A stretch of 64,000 nt of DNA, taken from a virus. The first letter of the stretch is position 1, and every line of letters begins with the position of its first letter. The DNA lies in IMG/VR virus record IMGVR_UViG_3300027793_000078, positions 14,478 through 78,477 of that record; one strand, 5' to 3'. Under the pieces are notes generated by a model. That model was not told the origin of the DNA. It ran no database searches and saw only the letters and a program-made list of their open reading frames with translations. Positions 27,519-35,973 of the stretch are shown here, one piece after another. The translations under genes were made by a program, and so were the position numbers.

Positions 27519-27658
27519 AAGATACATACAGCAACAAATAAAGCAATCCAAACTGCATATACAGCGTGAAAATCCTGTTCCCTCTGCCAATTTTAACAGA
27601 GTATTTATAGAGGGATCGTCTAACATTTAGGACAGCAGTACGCAAAAAATGTATCTTG
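27519..27658 (+). ncRNA. CAGCAA-module RNA, copy 5, enclosing a circularly permuted tRNA-Trp-like body with encoded CCA
   Basis: AAGATACAT/ATGTATCTT closure; 3' half 27552-27589 ends TCCCTCT-G-CCA, 5' half 27609-27639 starts AGAGGGA. Confidence 0.8.
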
Positions 27659-27664
27659 TTTTTT

Positions 27665-27810
27665 GAGTATACATGAACAGAATGAAAATTGTATGGCGAC
27701 GAGTCCTGTAGTCATAAGACAAGACGTGAGGACAAAGATATTATCTATAGGTAATATACGAAAAACGTAACGAAGTGTCTTTGTGGGTCAACTAATCCCA
27801 CTGTATACTC
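27665..27810 (+). ncRNA. Unidentified structured RNA
   Basis: GAGTATACA/TGTATACTC closure; GTCCT/AGGAC, ACAAAGATATT/AGTGTCTTTGT, GTGGG/CCCAC. Confidence 0.5.
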
Positions 27811-27820
27811 TATATTTTAT

Positions 27821-28009
27821 ATGAATATTATTCCAACTGATGTATTGAACAAAGGTTACAATGCATATGTTCATGTTGAAGGATGGAATAAAGCTGCCGT
27901 GTTTGTTTTTGTTGGATTTGAAAACGGCCAAAAGAAATTAAAAACACCAAAAACAAATCGTATATTGTATACAAAAAATAATCTAATATATACAAAGCGA
28001 TATCAATAA
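27821..28009 (+). CDS. Hypothetical protein
   Basis: Short ORF abutting next gene. Confidence 0.45.
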   Translation: MNIIPTDVLNKGYNAYVHVEGWNKAAVFVFVGFENGQKKLKTPKTNRILYTKNNLIYTKRYQ

Positions 28010-28249
28010 ATGACAAAATCAAAATATCATCCAGAACTTACAATTGCGCCGTGTCCAAATTGTAATTCTACAAATGTAGAAGAATCTGGTGATGATTTTG
28101 ATGGTGATGTTAGTTGTAATGATTGTACTTTAATTACTCCAATTTTTCTTGGAACCAAAAATGCAATAAATGCATGGAACAATAGAAAATATATGGATCA
28201 ATGGTTCTTTTTAGATCCTGAATTACATCAGATGGATTATCAGATTTAA
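28010..28249 (+). CDS. Lar-family (restriction alleviation)-like zinc ribbon
   Basis: PCPNC...VSCNDC...AINAWNNR. Confidence 0.65.
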   Translation: MTKSKYHPELTIAPCPNCNSTNVEESGDDFDGDVSCNDCTLITPIFLGTKNAINAWNNRKYMDQWFFLDPELHQMDYQI

Positions 28250-28433
28250 ACATTCAAAGTGGATGTTCAATGAAAGCATATTGTTTATGAACAGCAACAT
28301 GCATGTGTAGGTGAGAAGTCAGATATTTGTCGGTGGCAAACTCACATTAAACAAAGTCGAAACCGTCTTAGTCTTCGATATGCATTAGAAAATTAGTTTT
28401 CGTTTTGAACAGGAGACACCATTTTTGAATGTT
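28249..28433 (+). ncRNA. ~185-nt rod-like RNA
   Basis: AACATTCAAA/TTTGAATGTT, TGTTCAA/TTGAACA, GCATAT/ATATGC, TGTTTA/TAAACA nested pairings. Confidence 0.5.
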
Positions 28434-28461
28434 CTTTTTCAAAATATTGATATTTATATGT

Positions 28462-29106
28462 ATGAAAAAACATATAAAACTCATATCAATTGTTGCCGCA
28501 TCATTATTATTATTCACAATCGGTATAATTGCAGGTTGTAAAAAAGAAGAATCATCATCTAATTTGGATAAACAAACACAAGAAAGTTTCAAAGAATTAG
28601 AAAAAATGATGGAATTGTCCAATCAGCGTGAAAAAGAAAAAAAGCAATTTGAATCACAAAAAAATAATATAATATTTGTTGAAGAAATCCCCCGTGTATT
28701 TGCACCAATTGGTGTTACTAACTTTTTACGAATGAACAACAACCATCCTGTGTATCAGTTGGTTGATAAAAAAGATTTAAATACATATTTAATTGGATTA
28801 CGTGGATTTTACCTTGATAATAAAGTATTGGATTGGTACTCAAAAGGAGTATTTGATTGCGGCGATTATGCGATGGGTGCTACTTGGTATGCAAAAGCAT
28901 GGCATCGTAATACTAAAACAAGAATAGATGGTGCGAGTATTGCAGTAGGAACAATATTTTACAAACAAGATTCAACTGGAATTTATCATGCAATTAATGC
29001 AGTCATCTTAAAAGATCGAAGCGTATTGTTCTTTGAGCCACAAATTCAAAATGAAATATCTCTCTCAAAAGCAGAGATACAATCAATAAATTACGTTCAA
29101 TTCTAA
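28462..29106 (+). CDS. Lipoprotein with papain/transglutaminase-like Cys-His domain (agglutinin C-terminal-like)
   Basis: Lipobox IAGC; FDCGDYA...HAINAVI...FFEPQ; TATTTATA at 28451. Confidence 0.65.
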   Translation: MKKHIKLISIVAASLLLFTIGIIAGCKKEESSSNLDKQTQESFKELEKMMELSNQREKEKKQFESQKNNIIFVEEIPRVFAPIGVTNFLRMNNNHPVYQLVDKKDLNTYLIGLRGFYLDNKVLDWYSKGVFDCGDYAMGATWYAKAWHRNTKTRIDGASIAVGTIFYKQDSTGIYHAINAVILKDRSVLFFEPQIQNEISLSKAEIQSINYVQF

Positions 29107-29168
29107 AAAGTAGTTGACAAACATTATTAGAACTGATATTGTATAGTTATCTTAAAAATAAATAATAT

Positions 29169-29447
29169 ATGGCATATTTTCATGAAGGAAACTCCTCGGC
29201 GCCCCAACCACAACGTCCACAACCAAAGATTGGTATCAAAGATACCACTGAAGTTGTTTGTGACAAATGTCAGCACAATGTATTCAATATGGGACTATAC
29301 TTGCGAAAAGTAAGCCCATTGTTGAGTGGAACTGGTAAACCAAGCTACTTACCTATTGACAACGTAGCCTTTCATTGTGTAAAGTGTGGGCACGTAAACG
29401 ACGAGTTTGTTCCAGCAGAATTAAAGACGAATAAGCTAGTTCCGTAA
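29169..29447 (+). CDS. Zinc-ribbon protein
   Basis: CDKC...CVKCGH. Confidence 0.6.
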   Translation: MAYFHEGNSSAPQPQRPQPKIGIKDTTEVVCDKCQHNVFNMGLYLRKVSPLLSGTGKPSYLPIDNVAFHCVKCGHVNDEFVPAELKTNKLVP

Positions 29448-29464
29448 TACTTATTATTATTAAT

Positions 29465-29540
29465 GGCTACGTGGCAGATCGGTTTATGCATCATCCTCAT
29501 AAGATGAACGAGGTAGGTTCGACTCCTACCGTAGCTACCA
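29465..29540 (+). tRNA. tRNA(CAT), elongator Met (Ile2 not excluded), CCA encoded
   Basis: GGCTACG/CGTAGCT; TCATC-CT CAT AA-GATGA. Confidence 0.88.
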
Positions 29541-29691
29541 ATTTATCATCAAATACATGTTTAAATATAAATTTAAAACGATGATCTACTTTCTCAACGA
29601 AACGAGAAAACAATGGCTAGTAATTGTTGGATTATACAGTTTTATTTTTATAATTGTATATTTGATTATGAAAAAGATTTTTAACTGATTT

Positions 29692-29907
29692 ATGAAAAAA
29701 CTATTATTTGCAATATTTTTTGGATTGTGTCTAACAGTTGCCAGAGCGTCCGACGATGATGAAGATCGTGGTCGTGGTCGTGGTCGTGGCCGTGATGACG
29801 ATGATGAAGTTGTAACTGTTGTTCCTGAACCATCTACGTATGCGGCTATTGGATTTGTGACAGTGGCAGTTGCGTTCACCGTTTATAGAAATAAACGCAA
29901 GAGTTAA
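29692..29907 (+). CDS. Minimal PEP-CTERM protein
   Basis: Signal peptide, DDDEDRGRGRGRGRDDDDE, VPEPSTY + TM + RNKRK. Confidence 0.85.
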   Translation: MKKLLFAIFFGLCLTVARASDDDEDRGRGRGRGRDDDDEVVTVVPEPSTYAAIGFVTVAVAFTVYRNKRKS

Positions 29908-29961
29908 TTTTGCCAGTTACTAAACTGGATGGTGGAGGGTGCCATAATTGGCTATGCCCCT

Positions 29962-30000
29962 AAATGGTGGTTAGATTTTAAACTTTTAACCACCATTTTT
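29962..30000 (+). terminator. Rho-independent terminator
   Basis: AAATGGTGGTTA/TAACCACCATTT + T tract. Confidence 0.7.
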
Positions 30001-30045
30001 AAAAATTTTGACGTTTTGTTAAAAGCGTATATAGTTATGATTAAT

Positions 30046-30119
30046 GCGAGCATGATGTAGTGGTAGCGTTCGACCTTGCCAAGGTTGGTGTGCGGGTTCG
30101 ATTCCCGCTGCTCGCTCCA
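30046..30119 (+). tRNA. tRNA-Gly(GCC), CCA encoded
   Basis: GCGAGCA/TGCTCGC-T-CCA; CGACC-TT GCC AA-GGTTG. Confidence 0.92.
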
Positions 30120-30178
30120 ATTTCAAAAACCCATCATTTATTTGATGGGTTTTGTCGTTTATATAGATATTTATCTAC

Positions 30179-30586
30179 ATGACAAAGAGTGATAAATACG
30201 CAATATACAAGTTTGTGAAATTTGTGAAAGACGAATTGGGCATCACTGTGCCTTTCAAAATAAGAACAAGCGAAGACCGTAGCGGATTCAAGACATTTGC
30301 ATATTACAATCCAAACGATCAAGTGATTGCAGTATATATTAAAAATCGTTCACTGCCTGATGTAATGCGTAGTATTGCTCATGAATTGGTACATCATTAC
30401 GATCATCAAACTGGATTAGCACAAAAGCAACAAAATCCAGATGTTGGTGTTTACAATAACGATGCCGAAAAAAGCATCGAAGCAAATGATATCGAAAATA
30501 GAGCAAATGCAATTGCAGGATCTCTTATAAAGAAATTCGGCTATGCAAATTCTGATTTAAATATTTGGGGTGACGTAGCTAATTAA
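30179..30586 (+). CDS. HExxH metallopeptidase-like protein
   Basis: RSIAHELVHH...ENRANA. Confidence 0.65.
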   Translation: MTKSDKYAIYKFVKFVKDELGITVPFKIRTSEDRSGFKTFAYYNPNDQVIAVYIKNRSLPDVMRSIAHELVHHYDHQTGLAQKQQNPDVGVYNNDAEKSIEANDIENRANAIAGSLIKKFGYANSDLNIWGDVAN

Positions 30587-31164
30587 CCTAAAACCAATTT
30601 ATTATTTCCCGATCCATCTGTTTTAAGTATAACTTTACCGTAACGATTCAGATAAGTGTTATGGCTTTTGCGAATCAATGAAAGTGTTTCGGCAGTATCG
30701 ATCCATCCATTAATTTTTACAGTTTTCTTTTTCTTTTTATCATTATTCTTATAATGTTCAAAAAAGTCTTCAATAACTTCCAATAACAGTGGATCTAAAT
30801 TACTTAGATCATTTAGATTATTTTGATTAAAAGTAGGAATTCCTAACACTTTATAATCATCAATACCATCGTCAATCATATGCAATGCGCCAATAGGACG
30901 CACTTCTACAAGAACCAAACTTTGAATTGGAACGTTGCTGTAAACCATTATATCTAATGGATCGCCGTCATCACTTATGGTTTGTGGCACAAATCCATAA
31001 CTTGCTGGATAACGCATAGAGCTAATTAAACATCTATCCAATTTTAATAATCCCAAATTGACATCATATTCATATTTGGCATTTGTATCTTTTGGAATTT
31101 CTATAATACTATTGATTGTATTTGGAAATTGCTCTCCAATTGATATATGTAACAAATTTTGCAT
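30583..31164 (-). CDS. ppa: Family I inorganic pyrophosphatase
   Basis: IEIPK...KYEYD...LDR...YPASYGFVPQT...DGDPLD...D.K...FFEHYK. Confidence 0.93.
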   Translation of the reverse strand: MQNLLHISIGEQFPNTINSIIEIPKDTNAKYEYDVNLGLLKLDRCLISSMRYPASYGFVPQTISDDGDPLDIMVYSNVPIQSLVLVEVRPIGALHMIDDGIDDYKVLGIPTFNQNNLNDLSNLDPLLLEVIEDFFEHYKNNDKKKKKTVKINGWIDTAETLSLIRKSHNTYLNRYGKVILKTDGSGNNKLVLG

Positions 31165-31175
31165 AAATTATTTAT

Positions 31176-31382
31176 TCACGGCATTTTCACTTCTATACGT
31201 GGTGTTTTTGTAACAACAAATCCCTCATCTATTAAATACTTGCCAATTTTATCACATGTGGGTTTGAAGTCATAAAAAGGAATATTTTGATCATTGAATA
31301 TACGAATTAATTTTTGTTGTGTCACGGTTACACGTATTTTAAAAAATACTCCTTCGATAACATCAGACTCTTGTTTATTCAT
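31176..31382 (-). CDS. Hypothetical protein
   Basis: Co-oriented with ppa; YLIDEGF motif. Confidence 0.45.
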   Translation of the reverse strand: MNKQESDVIEGVFFKIRVTVTQQKLIRIFNDQNIPFYDFKPTCDKIGKYLIDEGFVVTKTPRIEVKMP

Positions 31383-31409
31383 ATGAATTAGGTTAACCAG
31401 ATTTAGTTT

Positions 31410-31874
31410 ATGTGTCAACACAAAAACACGGCATCTTTGATTATAAATAGATATTTATATTCTGTAAAAGCACAAATGTTTGCATACGATCTAATAAAAT
31501 CCAAACACATGAAACTTCCTAGAAACTGGCGGTGCTATTTAAACATTGTAGAAAAACGATACTCCAGTAAAGAAGTAGAATACATACTAACATTAAAATT
31601 ACCCGGAAAAATACAATATGTAGATATAGGATATATCACAATTCAAAAAAAAGGAAAATACAATTTTGTAAAAGTTGCCAGTGTAATTGTAAATTACAGA
31701 GGTAAAGGATGTGGTAGCATGTTATACGAACATGCAATTAATAAATTAGGCAGTTTAAGTACCAATTATCATTTGGCAAGTAATCTTGCTCAACGTGTAT
31801 GGAAAAGATTGATAAAAAAATATAAACACAAGGACGATTTTTTCACTGGTGTATTAACAGTCTTCAAAAAATAA
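31410..31874 (+). CDS. GNAT-like protein (start uncertain)
   Basis: YRGKGCGSMLYE...AQRVWKRL. Confidence 0.6.
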   Translation: MCQHKNTASLIINRYLYSVKAQMFAYDLIKSKHMKLPRNWRCYLNIVEKRYSSKEVEYILTLKLPGKIQYVDIGYITIQKKGKYNFVKVASVIVNYRGKGCGSMLYEHAINKLGSLSTNYHLASNLAQRVWKRLIKKYKHKDDFFTGVLTVFKK

Positions 31875-31912
31875 GATTGACACTTCAAAAGGGTGCTGCT
31901 ACATTACAAACA

Positions 31913-32509
31913 ATGAAAACGTTGTCCACCTTGCGAGAACTTTTTGTGAGTTGTAATCTGATGTCAGTGTATACAATTTTGTATCACAAACACACGGCTT
32001 TCATGCATGCACTCCAAAAAGATAGTCCTTCATTTGAAGAATATACGACTGTATTCAAAAATGTTATTGTTCAAATGATGTTGAAGCCGATTAAAAAGTC
32101 AAAATCGGCTATGCCATTGTATGTTTCCTATCAGATAAACACAATTGAAGGAAATGATGAAAGTTATTATTTTGTTTCTTTTTTGAATTTGAAATATGTA
32201 GAACCGCCAAAAGATTGCAAACCTTGGGGCGGCAGCAATCATCCTGAAGGTTATTATAACTGTAACCTCAATAAATACAACAAGTTTTTTGCTGTTGTTG
32301 GCAACAATTGGACGCAATTGGTTAATTCCACTGTAATAGTCGATCAATCTGCACTTGATGCCAATATTACAAATGAACAATTGGTTGCAGAAATTCTTTG
32401 GGAAATTACTTTTTATGGGTATTCTGAAAAGAAATCCGATCAGGTTCTAAAAAATATAAACAAGCGTGTAACGGAAGTAAAAAAATCCTTATCTAAAAAG
32501 AAGAAATAA
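31913..32509 (+). CDS. Hypothetical phage protein (DUF6557-like)
   Basis: LVAEILWEITFYGYSE; ATG just after TTGACA-N17-TACATT. Confidence 0.55.
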   Translation: MKTLSTLRELFVSCNLMSVYTILYHKHTAFMHALQKDSPSFEEYTTVFKNVIVQMMLKPIKKSKSAMPLYVSYQINTIEGNDESYYFVSFLNLKYVEPPKDCKPWGGSNHPEGYYNCNLNKYNKFFAVVGNNWTQLVNSTVIVDQSALDANITNEQLVAEILWEITFYGYSEKKSDQVLKNINKRVTEVKKSLSKKKK

Positions 32510-32524
32510 TATTTATTTGTAACC

Positions 32525-32725
32525 ATGAGTGAACAAATTGAAACTATTCTTGAAAACCACTGTGCAATGTTGAAAAACATTGATACAAATCAAAATATCG
32601 CAAAGATTGTAAAGGCAATAGATTCTCTTACACAATCTACCTACGCAGAAATTTATGCATTGCGCGATGGACGAAAAAACGGTACATACGAAGCAATGGC
32701 AAAGAAACACGGACATTGCTGTTGA
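32525..32725 (+). CDS. Hypothetical protein
   Basis: ORF in operon. Confidence 0.45.
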   Translation: MSEQIETILENHCAMLKNIDTNQNIAKIVKAIDSLTQSTYAEIYALRDGRKNGTYEAMAKKHGHCC

Positions 32726-32743
32726 ATAAATAATAAAGGTTAT

Positions 32744-33346
32744 ATGATTTACATTGAAGCACCAAATCACGAACACGATAACAATAAAGATTTGCCAAAA
32801 GTATTTTTAGGCGGTGGCATCACCAATTGTAAAGATTGGCAATTTGATCTTGTTGAAGACCTACGTGATTTAAATTGTATTGTTTATAATCCACGCAGAA
32901 AATCTTTTGATCTTAAAGACCCTAACCAAAGTGAAATCCAAATTCGTTGGGAACACAGATATTTGAGTGATTCTGATATTGTTGTTTTTTACTTTAGTAG
33001 CGAAACCCTTTGTCCAATTACACTTTTTGAGCTTGGTGCGCGTTTAATGTCTAATCTATTTAGTCCTTATCAATCAATTTACATTTACTGCGAGTCAGAT
33101 TATCAACGTAAATTTGACGTTGAGTTTCAAACCAAACTTGCACAAGATTCATTTGTTAATAGTCAGGAAATAAATTATAAATTGTTTGGTGAGGGACATT
33201 ACACGCCACATTTACAGGATAAGATTAAAAAAATGAGAATTGAAGGACCACAAAAATACGGGTATGATGTACGTTGTTTCGATAACTATGACGTATTTGT
33301 ATTGACACTAACTGAACGTATTAGAAAAGGAAAATATCATGACTAA
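32744..33346 (+). CDS. Nucleoside 2-deoxyribosyltransferase-like protein
   Basis: VFLGGGI...WQ...NPRR...QIRWE...PITLFELG. Confidence 0.8.
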   Translation: MIYIEAPNHEHDNNKDLPKVFLGGGITNCKDWQFDLVEDLRDLNCIVYNPRRKSFDLKDPNQSEIQIRWEHRYLSDSDIVVFYFSSETLCPITLFELGARLMSNLFSPYQSIYIYCESDYQRKFDVEFQTKLAQDSFVNSQEINYKLFGEGHYTPHLQDKIKKMRIEGPQKYGYDVRCFDNYDVFVLTLTERIRKGKYHD

Positions 33347-33522
33347 CATTAGCGAATTTGAACGAACCAAACCAACCGTCACTATGAGAAATTTGAAGAA
33401 ATCGATCAACAAAATATTTGATCGCATGCCTCATGCTGAGAGTCATAGCGAACAAATTTTCTTGTCTGATTTGAATAAATTGTTGGTTGAAACCGTTCAA
33501 AGTCTCAAAAAAGGAGAATAAA

Positions 33523-33942
33523 ATGCGTTTGACTTGGGAACAAACAGCTATGAATTTGGCATTTGATATTGCCAAATATCGCAGTGAAGATCCATATGTT
33601 AAAGTTGGCGCCTGTATTATCAAGAAAGATAAAAGTATCATTCTTGGATACAATGGTGCCCCAAAAGGAATGACAATGGATTGGAGCAACAGAGACGAAC
33701 GACGCAAATGGGTATTTCATGCAGAAAGTAATGTTCTCAACAGAATTTTGCCGGGCGAAGCGGAATTGCTTGCAGTTACCCACATTCCATGTATAGAATG
33801 TCTCAAAGTTATCAAGCAGAAAGAAATTAACACTGTATATTACAGCATTCGTAGTCCACAATATAATCCTGAGTATGTGGAGCAAATGGCAAATATTTTT
33901 CAAATAAATCTAATTCAATTAAATTATGTCACAGTTCAATAA
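33523..33942 (+). CDS. dCMP deaminase
   Basis: SEDP..KVGA...GYNG...HAE...PCIEC. Confidence 0.88.
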   Translation: MRLTWEQTAMNLAFDIAKYRSEDPYVKVGACIIKKDKSIILGYNGAPKGMTMDWSNRDERRKWVFHAESNVLNRILPGEAELLAVTHIPCIECLKVIKQKEINTVYYSIRSPQYNPEYVEQMANIFQINLIQLNYVTVQ

Positions 33943-34237
33943 AATTATTCAAATTAAGAAAATTGCTGCTGTGGGTGGTGGTCTTGCTCCTATGGAAAAA
34001 GACAAGTATGTTCCCGGTACAGCAAATAACATTTCCGAAAACAAAAGTTTACCTATTGAATATTCAATTGAAGGTAATTTATTGCATCCACTTGAAGTTG
34101 GCAATGTAGTTTTTGTCGCTAGAACTAAACGAAATGGTATAGCTGCCAACGGTTATTTTCAAACAAGCAAAATAACCGAAGTTACCGATAATACGTTCAA
34201 AACCCAAAACAGCATTTACGCTTACAATTTTCTATAA
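33926..34237 (+). CDS. Hypothetical protein
   Basis: TS.ITEV...FKTQNSIY phage-type small domain. Confidence 0.5.
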   Translation: MSQFNKIIQIKKIAAVGGGLAPMEKDKYVPGTANNISENKSLPIEYSIEGNLLHPLEVGNVVFVARTKRNGIAANGYFQTSKITEVTDNTFKTQNSIYAYNFL

Positions 34238-34240
34238 TTT

Positions 34241-34600
34241 ATGCCTTGCTATAATGATTATCCTAGTGATGAAGAAATTCAATCTTCAAAACAAAAAAAT
34301 GAATTGAAACAAGAACTCGACAAAGTGACACAATTATTGTGTGCAACACTACGTCGCCTTGAAATGGAACATGATATTAATATGAAATCGGCTGGGCAAT
34401 TTTATTCACATCCATCTTTGCCTGACGATTATATTGATGAAATTGAAGGATTGGAGGCGTGGTGGACTGAACATAAAAAATGGGATGAATTGCGTTTAAT
34501 TCGTGAAGAAGCACAACGTAAGGAATCGGAAAAACAAAATTTGATTAAAATTGCCCTCAGTAAATTGAATGACAAAGAAAAAGAAGCGTTAGGGTTCTGA
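34241..34600 (+). CDS. Hypothetical phage protein
   Basis: MPC...LLC...WWTEHKKWD...ALSKL...EKEALG. Confidence 0.55.
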   Translation: MPCYNDYPSDEEIQSSKQKNELKQELDKVTQLLCATLRRLEMEHDINMKSAGQFYSHPSLPDDYIDEIEGLEAWWTEHKKWDELRLIREEAQRKESEKQNLIKIALSKLNDKEKEALGF

Positions 34601-34654
34601 GTTCCGGCTATAAAAATCATTGACATCGAAAAAAACTTCTGTAGAGTCGTGTGA

Positions 34655-35089
34655 ATGAACGATGAAGTACAACAACAGATCAATTCACAAGTAGATAAAG
34701 CCCGTTTAATTGCTATCTCGGCACATTCTGGTCAATTTAGACGGGACGGAAAAACTTCTTATATTGAACATCCTTACGCTGTCGCCAAGCGTGTCGCACA
34801 TTTGGGTGAAAAATATGTTTGCGTAGCATTGCTGCATGATGTACTGGAAGACACTAAAGTAACCGCACACGATCTATTGACAATGGGAATTGAAGAGGAT
34901 ATTGTTGTTGCTGTCCAACTTCTCACAAAGCATCCCAGTCGCAGTTATGATGAATATCTCAAACTAGTTAAATTAAATGGACTTGCCAGAGAAGTCAAAA
35001 TTGCGGATATGTTGAGCAATCTCGCGGACAGTCCCACCAACAAACAAATTCGCAAATACTCACAAGGTCTGTTGTTTCTAACTGAATAA
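34655..35089 (+). CDS. Stand-alone RelA/SpoT-type HD hydrolase (small alarmone hydrolase-like)
   Basis: AHSGQFR...YIEHP..VA...ALLHDVLEDT...VKIADMLSN. Confidence 0.82.
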   Translation: MNDEVQQQINSQVDKARLIAISAHSGQFRRDGKTSYIEHPYAVAKRVAHLGEKYVCVALLHDVLEDTKVTAHDLLTMGIEEDIVVAVQLLTKHPSRSYDEYLKLVKLNGLAREVKIADMLSNLADSPTNKQIRKYSQGLLFLTE

Positions 35090-35093
35090 ATAT

Positions 35094-35612
35094 ATGAATA
35101 AAATGTACTTAGTTTTAGGTGATTGGTCCGGCGACGGCCACGGAAAATCTGAAGAAGTATTACTACAAAGTAATGTTAACGTAAAAACTATCCAGCAGGC
35201 ATACAAGGATAGTTGCAAGTTGACCGGCGTTTCTTTCCATCATAATGAAGATTACACTGGTCTTAATCGAAATTGGAAAGAGCGTGATGAATATCAAATT
35301 GCGACCGAATATGAACGTTCCGGAATACCAGCAAAAGCACTTACGGAGCTTATAAAACACGGATTTCAAGAGGCATTTCTTGACAATAAAAAATATGATT
35401 TTGATGGATGGAAGAACGACTTGAAAGTAGGTGAGGACATAGAATATGATTCTGACACGTTCACTGAAATTTGGATTTGGTTCGTTAAATTGAGTCTTCC
35501 CGAGAATACAATTTTGGAGAAAGTTAATGTGAACGATGAAACTCCATATATCAATGGTTATTGGGATAAGAATCTAAATGTTCAATTTGGTTACGGTCTA
35601 TATTATTCTTAA
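35094..35612 (+). CDS. Hypothetical phage protein
   Basis: GDWSGDGHGK...FGYGLY. Confidence 0.55.
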   Translation: MNKMYLVLGDWSGDGHGKSEEVLLQSNVNVKTIQQAYKDSCKLTGVSFHHNEDYTGLNRNWKERDEYQIATEYERSGIPAKALTELIKHGFQEAFLDNKKYDFDGWKNDLKVGEDIEYDSDTFTEIWIWFVKLSLPENTILEKVNVNDETPYINGYWDKNLNVQFGYGLYYS

Positions 35613-35619
35613 ACAGCAT

Positions 35620-35973
35620 ATGAACAGATTTAAATTCCGTGTATGGGATACAATCAACAAAGAATTCATTGATAATGAATATTTTAGAATCACTGGAAAC
35701 GGAAATGTTGAGAATTTTCTAAACGAAAGTGAAAACGATACAAATTGCGTAATTACTCAATTCACAGGATTGCGTGATAAAAACGGACGTAAAATTTACG
35801 AAGGTGATATTGTAAGAAAATATTGGCAAAACAACAATACCAATGGATTTGTGTCGTTTGAAGTAAAATACAATCAACAACACTGTGGATTTGGTATCAG
35901 CCTTGGTAAAAATCATCAATATGAAGTGATCGGCAATGTGTTTGAAAACCCTGAACTTGTAAATACATTATGA
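35620..35973 (+). CDS. YopX-family protein
   Basis: KFRVWD...QFTGLRDKNGRKIYEGDI...EVIGNVFEN. Confidence 0.85.
   Translation: MNRFKFRVWDTINKEFIDNEYFRITGNGNVENFLNESENDTNCVITQFTGLRDKNGRKIYEGDIVRKYWQNNNTNGFVSFEVKYNQQHCGFGISLGKNHQYEVIGNVFENPELVNTL

Noticed and set aside
27602-27609. TATTTATA in the linker of permuted tRNA #2 as a late promoter
   Set aside because: Transcription would start inside the acceptor strand; may be chance in an AT-rich linker
23207-27658. CAGCAA repeats as a CRISPR array
   Set aside because: Irregular spacing, bipartite paired structure, interleaved tRNAs, no cas genes
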